Source of the DNA: the human T2T-CHM13v2.0 reference genome, Homo sapiens
Direction: 5' to 3' (one strand)
Assembly (NCBI RefSeq): GCF_009914755.1
Contig: NC_060925.1
Length of the DNA stretch: 64,000 bases
Shown here: positions 45,297 through 60,948 of the stretch, piece after piece
Layout of the letters: every line of letters begins with the position of its first letter
Numbering within the stretch: the first letter of the stretch is position 1
Made by a program: the position numbers and the translations under genes
Notes under the pieces: model-generated
Told to the model about the DNA's origin: nothing
Database searches by the model: none
What the model saw: only the letters and a program-made list of their open reading frames with translations

Positions 45297-47096
45297 TAGC
45301 TGGGATTACAGGCATGCGCCACCATGCCTGGCTAAATTTTTGTATATTTTTTAGTAGAGATGGGTCTTACCGTGTTGCCCAGGCTGGTCTTGAACTCTTG
45401 AGCTCAGGCAATCTGCCCACCTCCGCCTCTCAAAGTGCTAGGATTACAGGCCTGAGCCACCGTGCCCAGCCATTTCTCTTAACTTTAATCATCTCTGCTC
45501 CATTCATAGTAGTTCTTTTTCATTCTGAAATAGGTAATTATGGCCAGGCCTGGTGGCTCACTCCTGTAATCCCAGAACTTTAGGAGGCCTAAGTAGGAGG
45601 ATTGCTTTAGCCCAGAAGTTCCAAGACCAGCCTGGGCAACCTGGGAAGACCCTGTCTCTACAAAATATAAAATATTAGCTGGGTGTGGTGGTGTGCACCT
45701 GTAGTCCCAGCTACTTGGGAGGCTGAGCTGGGAGGATCACTTGAGCCAGGGAAGGCCGCAGTGAGCCATGGTCACACCACTGCACTCCAGCCTAGGGGAC
45801 AGGGCAAAACCCTGTCTCAAAAAAATTTTTAAAAAGTAAAAAATAAAATAAAACAAATAATAATGAAAAATAAATTGTAAAAAATAAAATTGGTAATTAT
45901 TTGCTATATCTTTTTCTTGATTAATCTTGAAAGTAATTTTTCATTTAATTTTTTTTTCTGAAGAATTACCTTTTGAAGTGTGTTCGTCTTATCTGTTATA
46001 TCTTTTTTCTGCTTAATTAATTTTGTTCTCATCTTTATATTGCCTTACTTCCTTGTTTGAATTCATTCCCCTTTTTCACCCCTTAATAATCTTTAGTTAA
46101 ATGCAGAGATTATTTATTTTCTACTTTCTTTCTTGTCTAAAATAATCATTTAAGGTTATAAATTTTTTCTTTCTTTTTCTTTTTTTTTTGGAGACACAGC
46201 CCTTACTCTGTTGCCCAGGATGGAGTGCAGTGGGGCAATCATGGCTCACTGCAACCTCACTGCCAGTAGTCCTCCCATCTGAGCCTCCCAAGTAGCTGAG
46301 ACCACTGACGCGCACCACCACGCCCAGCTAGTTTTTTGTATTTTTTTTTGAGATGAGGTTTTGCCATGTTGCGCAGGCTGATCTCAAACTTCTGGGCTAA
46401 AGCAATCTGCCTACCTCAGCCTCCCAAAATGCTGGGGTTACAGGTTTGAGCCACTGCCCCTAGCCTAAGTTTTGCTAAGTTCCTGTTTACTACATTCTAA
46501 AATTTTAAATTGAATTTCTGTTTTTTGGTACTAAGGGTTTTTTGTTTGTTTGTTTGTTTTTGTTTTTGTTTTAGGCTCCAATGTGATTTCTCTTTGACCC
46601 AAAATGTATTTAGAAATATATTTTGAAGTTTCCACATGAATATTTTTTAAAATCTTTTTGTTCTTATTTTCTAATTTAGCTATAATCAGAGATTGTTGTG
46701 TATGTAATATTAATTCTTTGACATTGGTTGAGACATGTTTTTAATGGCCTAGTACATAGTTATTATGAAATGTTATATTTGTGATTAAAAAGGATAGCTA
46801 TTATTTAGTTATTGAGTACAGGTTTTTATAAAAAGTTGATAGATCAAACTAACTATTTGAGTTATTCCGATTTCTTATACTTACTGATTTTTTTTGTTAG
46901 CATAACCTAATGATTGCCCCTTTTGATACTAAAATTAGTCTGTTTTTTGTGTATTTTTAGTTTTTATTTCACATGTTTTCAAGTTAATTTATTAAGTACA
47001 TCCAAGTTTAAAATTTTTATATCATCCTTGGGAAATTGGCCCTTTTATTAATATGTGGCAGTGTTTAGTAATACCTTAAACATCTGTTTCACCCAC

Positions 47097-47431
47097 TGAT
47101 ACGGTTTGGCAGTCTCCCCACCCAAATCTCACCTTGAATTCTCAAGTGTTGTGGGAGGGACCTGGTGGGAGATAATTGAATCATGGGGGCGGGTCTTTCC
47201 TGTGCTACTCTCGTGATAGTGTGATCTGGTGGTTTTAAAACCAGGAGTTTCCCTGCACAAGCTCTCTCTCTTTGCCTGCCACCATCCACATAAGAGGTGA
47301 CTTGCTCCTCCTTGCTTTCCGCCATGATTATGAGGCCTCTCCTGCCTCATGGAAATGTAAGTCCATTAAACCTCTTTTTCTTCCCAGTCTCAGGTATGTC
47401 TTTATTAGCAGCATGAAAACGGACTAATATA
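47097..47431 (+). mobile_element. Solo THE1B-like LTR, sense to PATJ
   Basis: tgatacggtttggc...gagtttccctgcacaagctctc...cccagtctcaggtatgtc...ggactaatata; 5-bp TSD cccac (47092-47096 / 47432-47436). Confidence 0.9.
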
Positions 47432-47805
47432 CCCACTATCACTGAAACCATGTTGACTTTCTTTTTATATTTGCCTGGCATGTTGGGTTGGAATTCGTTA
47501 AGCCACACACATAAAATGAAGTCAGGTCTTTAACTTCAGTGAATCTAGACTTGTATGGAATTCTTTTTTTTTTTTTTTTTTTTTTGAGACAGAGTCTCGC
47601 TCTGTTGCCCAGGCTGGAGTGCAGTGGAGTGATCTCTGCTCATGCAACCTCCACCTCCCATGTTCAAGTGATTCTCCTGCTGCAGCCTCCTGAGTAGCTG
47701 GGATTACAGGAATGCCCACCATGCCCAGCTAATTTTTATATTTTTAGTAGAGATGGGGTTTCACCATGTTGGCCAGGCTGGTCTTGAACTCCTGACCTCA
47801 GGTGA

Positions 47806-47922
<117 letters not shown>

Positions 47923-48490
47923 TAAGACAAAGACCAGGAAATATATCTTCTGTGATCAATATTTTGGTTTGTTTATTTTTTTAAACCTTTATCTACTACA
48001 GATTTCACCCCATTAGGAAAAAAGACATAACTGAATTGAACCCATGGGACAACTTTAATTACAGACATATACATGGGGGCCAGTCAAGACCCTGACTCCT
48101 TGAGGATTTAAGGAAAGAGTTTTTGCAAAAAGATGAGGAAAAGTGTCATTAGGTTGTTTACCAAATTAAAGGATTGTCTGTTTAACTGGATTGGCCACTG
48201 TCTTTCAGTTCAGATTTTAATCACAAAGATTATATTCAGATTAGCAGTAGCACATGTCATATGATCAGGCTGTTGTGGGTTTTTTTAGAGGGACACCTAT
48301 TAATAAGCATAGGTAATATATAAGATTCCAGAAGATGGTGATTATTGCTTGCAGAGGTGTTTCTTTTTCCCTACAGATTGCAGGTAATTAGTTGCAGAAT
48401 TCTTTGTCAATCTTTTAGAGGTACAAGCCTTTATTTTCAGGGATAGGAATTTGGGAGGGTGATATTTTTAGTCTAACTTCCCACCTTCCT

Positions 48491-48509
48491 TGGCCTCAAG
48501 GGGGCACTT
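48491..48509 (+). promoter_or_regulatory. CTCF-like motif TGGCCTCAAGGGGGCACTT
   Basis: Matches the core CTCF consensus TGGCCACCAGGGGGCGCTA at 15 of 19 positions, with mostly tolerated substitutions. Motif only. Confidence 0.4.
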
Positions 48510-50479
48510 GGGACTCATTAAATCCTTATCTCTCATTAAATAAAAATGTGTAGATACTGGATGATTATATTTGTAAAAAAGTCTAGAAAATACAATCTGT
48601 AGTGAGAGAAAACAGATCAGGGGTTCCTTGGGAATGAGGTGTCAGGGGAAGAGGTGGGAAGGAGGGATTTAAAAAAGACATGAACAGATTTTTAGGGATG
48701 ATGGTTATGTTCACTATCTTGATTGTGGTGATGGATTCAAATTGTATCCTTTAAATGTGTGCAGTTTTGTACATGTCAATTATACCTCAATATATTGAAT
48801 TAAAGCTGTTAAAGACAAAAAAAATTCCTGCTGTCTTGCAGCTTGCATTTCTAGTGGGGCAAGGCAAACAGGATAGAATCAGTAACTGCTACTTTATTTT
48901 TATTATTTTTATTTTTTTTCAAAATGGAGTCTCCCTCTGTCACCCAGGTTGGAGTGCAGTAGTGCAATCTCAGCTCACTGCAACCTCCACCCCTCAGGTT
49001 CAAGCAAATCTCCTGCCTCAGACTCCTAAATAGCTGGGACTACAGGTGCACACCACCACACCTGGCTAATTTTTTTATTTTTTTAGTAAAAATGGGGTTT
49101 CACCATGTTGGCCAGGCTGGTCTTGAACTCCTGACATCAGGCGATCTGCCCGCCTCAGCCTCCCAAAGGCTGGAATTATAGATGTGAGCCACCATGCCTG
49201 GCCAGTAACTGCTACTTTAAAGTAATTTGGGGACAAGACATGGAAACCCACAAAATGTGACATCTGGAAGGGACTGGAATTTAAGCTCCATGAGGGCAGG
49301 GACCTCATCTGTTGCATTATTACTCTACCTCTATCACCCAGAACACTGCCTGGCATCATATATATTTCTTGAATGAATAAAGAGTCCTAAAATCAAAAGA
49401 GATCTCTGGCTTTAGGTTTCCAAGGATTGGCAGATGCCCTCCAGGCAAGTGTCACCTTCCAGTGCTCCACTGGACCTCCTGATTTAGGATTTTTGTTTCT
49501 GACTTCAGTCACATGTCACAAAAGCACTGTTTAAACTTTAATCTGTCATTTTTGTGTGGTTAAGAAGGGTTCTTCTGAATATCTAATCTACCCTATTGCT
49601 GGAATTTTGTCAATTCATATGTTGATGCAAAGATGTGAACATTCATCAAGTGTTTATTGGTTACCTATAGTGAACCAGTTACTGTGCAACAATCTGGGGA
49701 TATAACATCAAAAAGGAAACATATAAGGTAATACTCTGTGGGGACACAGACAATGAACACCACGTAGGTGAATGAACTTGTTACTACTCCAGCCACATCT
49801 GGGAACAAGATAATGTAATCAATTCAGGAAAATTCCACATAAGATCCCAGGAAAGAAAAAAGTAAATGTGTGATTCTTATCAACTTTGGACTGCTCCATT
49901 AAACCAATTGAATTTCAATACATGGCAAGGATATTTGCATTCAGTAAAAACCCCAGTAGGAGCCCAGTAATACCAAAAGTCAACTGAGTTATTTGTCACA
50001 AAGAAAAACACCTAGCCACTGCGTTAATGTGGCAACAGGAGAAATCATATCAGAATCTACATCTTCATTACAGATGGTCTTTTAGTGGTTGCAGAATGCT
50101 CTTTTTACTGTATTACTTTTCTCTGAAATTGCATCTTAGATGCCAAGCATTTTACTACATTCTGGAATGACAAGGCGCCTTCACCATAAGAGGCATTCAG
50201 ATCATGGTGCCACATGTAGTGAAATAAAGAGAATGTAATTAGTATGAAAATAAAAATGTGCCCAGCATGCTTTGGGAGCGTACTCTTTTCAAAGTTAGGA
50301 GGCCAGGAGACTAATCTATCTCTTTAAAAATTATTATCACTAGAAGAAGTTTTTTTTGTTTATCTTATTTTCTCCTTAATATAAAAGCAAGACATGTTCT
50401 CTAGAATCATTGACAATACAAATCACCCGAAACTCATTTCTAACAGAGGTCTAGGTTTGGTTTGAGATCATTCACTTTA

Positions 50480-50779
<300 letters not shown>

Positions 50780-50938
50780 TCAAAAAAAAAAAAAAAAAAA
50801 GTGACTAAAAACAAACGAACAGAAAACTAATGAGCAGATCTTGAATGAGTCTCTAGTTTTGTTCTAGTTTGCCTCAGTTCACTGTTTTTTGACCTGTTTT
50901 GCATTACGTAGAGTGAAAGAATAGGCAATCAGGATTCA

Positions 50939-51265
<327 letters not shown>

Positions 51266-53529
51266 CTAAAAACTCTTGGCTATTTTCTAAGGTTTTCTTC
51301 AGTGTTATTTCACATATTCTCTTTCTTCAAGAGATTATGAACTTTGATTATGTGAATTTGGATCCTTATATAAAAATGATTCTGAGTTTGTGGTTTTTGT
51401 GAAAAAGAGATTCTTAAAATTATTATTAAAAGGCTTGTACATTTAAAGTAGTATAACTTTAGTCAACTATTTTCTGGAAACTCTGGGAATATTACATTTA
51501 AATAATGCTCACTTATATAAACCAATCAGAAAGAGATTCTTTATTTTGAGAGATTTATATCTAATTTATTAATATGCTCTGAAGGTAGGAAAATATTTCA
51601 CACTCAAAATGAAAGGTAAGGACTTTTCTTTCTCCAGTGCAGATACACAATGTATTCTGCTTCTGTCCTGCAGCTATAGCCATATGTCAAATGTAGACAT
51701 AGGAATGTAAAACCCTACTGGTTTTACGTTAAAGAGCTGTTCTTTCCAGTAGGACCCAAGACATGTTCTTGTACAAAAAGACAGACAGGCAAACAAGAAG
51801 ACTAAAAAATGCATTCTCTGTTGTCTCTCAATCAATCGAGAATAGATCTTTATAGAAGCAGCATAATATAGATTCTCATCCCAACAAATAACTCTAAATG
51901 GTCAGACCATAAAACCAAACTTCATTTATTCCTACTATCAGCGAGGAATTACAAGTACACATCAGAACCAAACTTGGTCTCATATCAGAAACAAAATCAT
52001 AGAACTGGAAATAAAAATCAGAGAAACTGTCAAAAAAGCAAAGTTTGTTGCCACTTGGAATTAACTGTGGGTGCCAAAAAATCATGTAAATGGGCTTAAA
52101 CAGCTCATGAATTGCATCTCTGAGGCATCACAATTTAATTGGTTCTGGTAGGTGAGTCTGCTTGAGCATCTCTGTGGGACCTCCAAAACTGTTCAAAGTA
52201 TAATTTAAGAAAAAAATAAAAACATGACTGAAAATTATGCAAAATGTGCAGGTGCCAGGTATTTGTTTAACTCATTAATGAGGGAACCAATAAGATGGTA
52301 AGCCTGGTTCAGAGAGAATTGAAGAGAGTGAAGTGCTATTGAAGAGAGTGCTAAAAGAAAGAATGCTTAAGATTCCAATTTAGATACAAAACTGGTTAAT
52401 GTCTTACAGGGCAATAAAACTGTAACCTTTGAAGTGATCTTTTCTATAGGACTAAAATCATTTGCATCTCTACCAGACAAAATTAATATGCAATGACATT
52501 GAACAAGAATTATTTGCATCTCTGACATTTTTCTAAGGTTAATAATGCGTCAGGGAACCCAAACAGCACAAGTGACAACCAGTTGTTTAGTCATTCAGCA
52601 AATAGTTCAGGGAGGCCTACTGTGTTCCCAGGACTGTTCTCAGAGTTGAGGATACCAGAGTCTGTTTTGTGCTCTACCCTGGTGAAGGTCATAATCACCT
52701 GATCTAGTTGTACATCCCTTGCTCCAGCTGCCTTTGCCACATCTGGGGAGAGCCTGGCCCTGTACACACCCTTCTCTCACATGCAGTATCTGGCAATCCA
52801 CATTCAGACTATAAGGAGACCAGGACATGCTTATTCTATATTCTTTTTCAAGAATATCAGTAGAAGCTAAATAAATAAATCAGTGGTACAGTTTTGCCTT
52901 AGATGTAAAAAATTCCATTAAAGAGAATTCATCTCTTAATATTAGTTTAAAACCTGGCTGTCTTTGTTCTGAGTATTGTCTTTGATATAGAATATCCTGG
53001 TTCTGAGGAAAAGGTTTACTGAAAAGAGTTCATTTGCCTTTACTCTTCATTTCACTCACTTTTAAGTTTTTTTTTCAACTTACAAGAATTAAAGAGACAA
53101 AGTGATCACATTTCTGTATTCTCCTATTGCCTAAGAGGCATTTTGTATTTGGCATCTTCTGCCATCACTGTTGCATTTTATAGATTTTTGGATTTTCTAC
53201 AAGTGTATATAGTTTCTGCTTTGGTTCGACATTATCTTAAGTAAATATGGGTGTGTGCTTTCCTTTATGACTCTCAAATAGTATTTTCTATTTTGGAGGA
53301 ATTTATTACAAGCCTGCTTTCTGTAATGGACCGCTCATTGGCCACTTACTGAAGTGTATCCTGCCATTAGTGGTTTTGTCATATAAAGCATAATTGAATG
53401 TACTTTACTGAAATCCTGTAGCATAATCCAGTTATTTTGTTTTTTCTGGAGTGCTTGGGTATATCGGCTCCTATTCTTTTTAGCAGCTTGAGTCTCACCG
53501 TTGAGTTTGGCATGTTTTATTTTTCCCAG

Positions 53530-53559
53530 CGTTCAAGAAAATGTCTTCATTCTGTGAAG
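53530..53559 (+). CDS. PATJ: Candidate alternatively spliced 30-nt in-frame microexon (RSRKCLHSVK)
   Basis: Branch-like CTCAC, U-rich tract ending ttttcccag|CGT, donor AAG|gtaatt. Phase 0/0 between two phase-0 junctions, no stop codon. Absent from the canonical protein as I recall it. Confidence 0.55.
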
Positions 53560-54240
53560 GTAATTTGATCATAGAGTTTAGTTCTACTTTAATTGTGTGT
53601 ATGAACCAAATATTGATGTGCTGTATCATTTGGTATGTGAATTGAATGAATATTTATGCAGATATAATTATTCATCATGAAGATATCTCTTTTTGAAAAT
53701 GTTAAAATGTGTGTTGACCATCTATAAATTATAGATGAATACATTTTCAGTTAGAAAATCTTGGTATGTCACGTGTCTTTTAAAGAATAAAATCTGTAAC
53801 TTCTACAATTGAAGAAAAAGTTTAAATCATTGTAGAATTAATACAATGGATAGTTTTTACTTTTACATTTATTTTAGAAATGTCTTTCATTTGAATTTTC
53901 TGATTAATAACAAAATTAAGCTTCTACAATGTATAGAAGATACAAATAACTGACTGTCTCACTAGAGAAAGAATGCACTCCTTTAGGTAGGTCAGCAGTC
54001 TTAAAAGCTTGCTCTTAAATTCCTGTTTTTCTGCATTAGTGTGTTTATACCACAGAGTCACTTTTATATTATAACATAAGCCTAAAATAATACATTGTGT
54101 TTGTTTTACAGTCCTCATGATATGAATGAAGTTGGGTATGGTCTAAATATTTCCAGACTATCTTTTTATGCTTTTTGTCATTGAAGAAAGAGCATTGTAC
54201 AAGAAGCATTTAACCCTTCTCTCAAATTTTGCGTCTTCAG

Positions 54241-54340
54241 AGGCAAGGAACTGCTCCACCGCCAATGAAACTTCCTCCTCCTTATAAAGCTCTGACTGAT
54301 GACAGTGATGAAAATGAAGAAGAAGATGCCTTTACCGACC
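54241..54340 (+). CDS. PATJ: PATJ coding exon, 100 nt, phase 0 to 1 ([34 protein letters not shown]); carries a PPxY motif and an acidic stretch
   Basis: Acceptor ttttgcgtcttcag|AGG and donor GACC|gtgagt; open frame. Confidence 0.95.
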
Positions 54341-57084
54341 GTGAGTGCCTTTTCACTATTTAGGGTAGATGCAGAACTTATTAAATTATGTTTTAACGAC
54401 TGTTGTAAATTATCAAATATATGGCTGTGAGTTCTTCAAAAATGTGCATGAATGTATGCTAAAAAATCAAATCTATACCTTTGAAGCTTTTGTGGCGTCA
54501 TTTCCTAAGCTTTTCCCTTGGACACTGAGAAAGGGAATATTGAAGGAAGCTATGCTGTACACTATTTTTCCTATATTCCCTTCTAATCTTATTGTTTGGT
54601 TGTGAATACAAAAATGTCCCTAGTCTTTGAAATTAGAATTTGACCCATAATTATCTGGGTTGGATGTAGATTTCAGTTGTTGATTACTTGCCTTACTCAA
54701 AGTGATGTTGCTAATGCAGGATTACAGAAGGCCCACCAACTTGTATTTTGTCCTTTAAAATTCATTTCATGATTTTCTTTTGCATTAGATGAATCAAATA
54801 TGCATTCATACATATATTTAACTGTGGCTTTACCTAAAATAATTTGCATTTCTTTTATGTGCGTCTAGTGTATACTATTGCTAATGTATACCAAATTTCT
54901 TTTGGAGGTGATGAAATGTTCTAAGATTAGATAGTGGTGATGGTTGTACAGTTTGTGAATATATTAAAATCACTGACTTATACATTGTAAACTGGTGAAT
55001 TTTATGGTATGTGAAACATATGTTTCCTTAACAGAATGTTTTCCCTTCTACAATATAGAAAAGGAATTCAATATTGAAATTGAGTCAAAATTCTTACTCT
55101 AGCAGTTCCTAGAGTGTGACCTTAAATATGCCCTCCTCTATAAAAAGGGTACAATAATGATACCTACTTCATAGGGTTGTAATGAGGATTAAAATAAAGC
55201 AATAAAGCCTTTAACCTGCCACATAGTGAGTCTTTGATAAGTATTATAGCTCCTATTATGGTTATAATAATTACTATTTATATTTTTCTTAATATAATAA
55301 CGAATATATAAATAGAAATAAAATATAAAATAAATAACTTTATGATAATTAAGCTGATTATAAAAACTTGAATTGTACTTTGCAATTTTATGAAGCCCTT
55401 TCTCGTGTCATTTTCTTCATGCATTCAATAAATCTTTGTTGAATACCATCTGCTTTTTAGTAACAGTGTTAAGTGAGTCTGCTATGAAGTGAATAACACA
55501 TTGCTCCTTTTGTCTTGATTGAGCCACCACCTCGGAAGGGATAATGCAAAGGCATGGGAATAAAGTGTGATACGTGTACTGTGGGCTTTAGTTCTCAGCT
55601 TCTTTTTGGAGAGCTACACATGGTGTAAAAAGTTGATATGTATGTGCACATGTGTAATATATTTCCTTGTTCTGATATAGATATCATGTCAGCTGCCACG
55701 GAATGGAGCTGAATTGTTGTTACTCCATACATTCTGGTTTCCTAGAAGGCCAGTATTTGCCCAGTTATTGGGAAACCTGGTTGAGGTGTGCACCTAAGAT
55801 TATGTTCTAATCCTAGTTCTATTACTTGCTAGTTGTGAGTTTTTGGAAAAGTTATTTAACTTCTTCATGATTCACACTTGCTTATCTATGTGGGGGTGAG
55901 CGAATATCTTATAACCTGCCTCATAGTATTGTGACAATTAGAGGAGAAAAAGCTTTTGAAGAGCTTAGTACAGGCAGTGTGATACCTAGTAAATGCTCTG
56001 GTTTACCATGTGCCAGGCATTGTTTTAAAGCCTTTATGTGTAGTATTAACTCAGTCAACATACTAACTTTGTGAAGTTCTAATTATACAAATGAAAGCTC
56101 AGAGAAATTAAAGAATGTGTCCAAAGTTAGACAGCTAACAAATAGTAGAAATGGGGTTCAAACCCATGTACTCTTACTCCAGAGCCTATAACATCATCGA
56201 TACTTGCTGTTACTTAAAACTCATTATGATTGCAGAAATAGGTACAGCTGGGCACAGTGGCTCACGCCTGTAATTCCAGCACTTTGGGAGGCCGAGGCAG
56301 ACGGCTTACCTGAAGTCAGGAGTTCAAGACTAGCCTGACCAACATGGTGAAACCCCCTCTCTTAAAAAAAAGAAAAGAAATAGGTACAGAGTGATTTGGG
56401 GTTCTCTTTTAAATATCACTTTTATGCCTAAAATAGGCAGACTCAGCAGTGTCCTCCCCAAAGTTACAAGCTCATATGCACAGGCACATATACACAGCAG
56501 CAGTGGGGTCAGGAAGGAGGCTAATTTACCTTAAATGCAGAAAAAGACTTCTAATATTGAGCCATTCTTGAGCTATAATATTATACATTTCACAGATTCT
56601 CCAGGAGACCTATGTTGGCTGTATATATTACTTTTCTCTTCATTCATTTTGCTTCCTAATTTTTTTCCTTCCCCGTGTACAGTCCCCATTTTACACCCCA
56701 TTAAATTTACTGTTAACCTCCTCCAGAAGAATTTGAACTGTATGGAGGTATTTGTTAGATAATTCACATTTGAAATGCAAGTGAACCTGAAGCCTCTGGC
56801 CTTCCCGTATTTCCCTTTGAAATAGATCCCATGGGTTTTTCTTTGTTCCTTGACTCATGTTAAATGAACACTCTGCTCATCTGTCTAAACTAAAAGTATT
56901 TCGGGTTGCTGTTTTATCAGATTCTTGTCCGAAGACTAAGCCTTTGTTTTTACAGTGATGAAAGTATGGCTACATAACTTTCCCAAGGACCATGATTCTG
57001 AAGCGGATGGCTGCAGTGTAAGCCCTAGGCCTACAGGGAAGTGCTGATTTTATTAGAGAGATCCAGGGATGAGATACACATGGT

Positions 57085-57637
<553 letters not shown>

Positions 57638-57832
57638 TAAAGCATGTTAAGAGCTGGCTTTGCTAGTTGCTTATTTATAAAGTTTATTCAGATAAGAAGT
57701 GTTTATTGAGTGGATGTTATGCATTTGGGAGACACTGTTCTAGGTGTTGAGAATATGGCAGGGAACATGGCTGTTGCTCTCATTAGCTTAGATTCTGGTG
57801 GGGAGAAAGATTATAAACAATCAGATAGTTTA

Positions 57833-58379
<547 letters not shown>

Positions 58380-58594
58380 TCACTTAACCAGTATAGATGC
58401 ACACATACACACAGGAACATGTATGTAAAACTGAAACAAAAGTTTCATGAAATATTACTTACCTTTATAATGTGTGAATTTTATTCTTTTTATTTTATTC
58501 TATTTCATGTTTTTAAATGTTGGTTGCAACTCAGTATATTTTATGACTAACAAACAAGTCGCAACCTGCATTATGAAAAACACTAATTTAGATC

Positions 58595-58820
58595 CATGGC
58601 TTTCAAACTTCAGTGTGCCTCAGGAGGTTCCAGAAAGCTTGTTAAAACAGTAATTGATAGTCATGGTCATTCCCTGCCTGCCCCCCCAACACACACACAG
58701 CCCCAGCCATTTCTGATTCCTTAAGCCTGGACCTGATCATTTGCATTTAGAATGTTTCCAGGTGATGCTGGTATTATACTTCCGATCCAGAGACTACACT
58801 CTGAAAACCGAAACCACTGA
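58595..58820. mobile_element. MER5A-like hAT remnant
   Basis: tttcaaacttcagtgtgc...cttgttaaaac...tttgcattt...caggtgatgctg...aaccactg. Confidence 0.65.
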
Positions 58821-59883
58821 TCGAAATGGTCTTTAAAGTCATGGGAGCCCATAAGTTTACTTAGGAGTAGTGTGTAGACAGCAACAAGAAGCAAACCCAG
58901 CACCTGCTCCATGAGCCAGCAAGGAGCACTTCCAGGAGATTAGGGGATTGTGTTGTTTATGAGAGAAAGGTGTTTCAAGAAGGCTGTCACTGACCTTCAA
59001 TGGTCAAGGGTGGAATGCTGCTAAGAAGTTGAGGAGGCTGGAGACATGAAAATAACCATTGAATTTAACAAGAAATTGATGAGGAAGAAGAGAAAGAGGA
59101 CGCTTGATAAAATAACTGTAGTGTGCGGGACGCAGGGGCTCACCCCTGTAATCCCAGCACTTTGGGAGGCCGAGGTGGGTGGATCACCTGAGGTCAGGAG
59201 TTCAAGACCAGCCTGGCCAACATGGTGAAACCCCGTCTCTACTAAAAATACAAAAATTAGCTGGGTGTGGTGTTGCACACCTGTAGTCCCAACTAGTCGG
59301 GAGGCTGAGGCACAAGTATCACTTGAACCTGGAGGCAGAGGTTGCAGTGAGCCGAGATTGCGCCACTGCACTCCAGCCTAGGCAACAGAGGAAGGCTCTG
59401 TCCGACCCCCTCAAAAAATAATAAGCATAGTAATTATTGTTCAGATTATTATGAAACTTAAATGTAACAACCAATATAGAGAGTTTGGTATGTAATGGGC
59501 ATTTCTATTTTAGCTCACTTATCTTGCATAGTTGCACATATTTTATGACATCCTGGTGTCTAATTATCGTAAGAAGTCTTATAATTGAACTCTGGTTCAA
59601 TTAGTGAAATTAATTGAGAATTATGAAAAAATTAAGAAACAATGTACTGCATCAATGCGTAGCTCTTGGCAAAACTACCATTATCAAAGGTTGCAGGATT
59701 TGTCAAAGGTATGTATTGATGGTGCAGGAACTTTTGACTTAACTTTGTGGAAATGGCCTTTCATACCTGGAATTAAAATCAGACGCCTGTAATCCCAGCA
59801 CTTTGGGAGGCTGAGGCAGGCGAATTACAAGGTCAGGAGTGCACGACCAGCCTGGCCAACATGGTGAAACCCCGTCTCTACTA

Positions 59884-60192
<309 letters not shown>

Positions 60193-60339
60193 TTAAGAAG
60201 ATGCCATGTCTTTTTTCCACTAGCACTTTCAATTTTCTAACCAAAATAAAATGTTATGTCTTCTCCAAGGCTGACCTTTTACCTTCTAGTCTCAGTTTTG
60301 GCTCAAGCCATTACCAGCACTCCCATCCCCCAACCCTAA

Positions 60340-60948
<609 letters not shown>

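Noticed and set aside
48361-48390. tttttccctacag|attgcag|gtaatt as a 7-nt microexon or recursive splice site
   Set aside because: It would shift the frame, lies in probable LTR-derived DNA, and the 12.7-kb intron is short for recursive splicing. Motif only.
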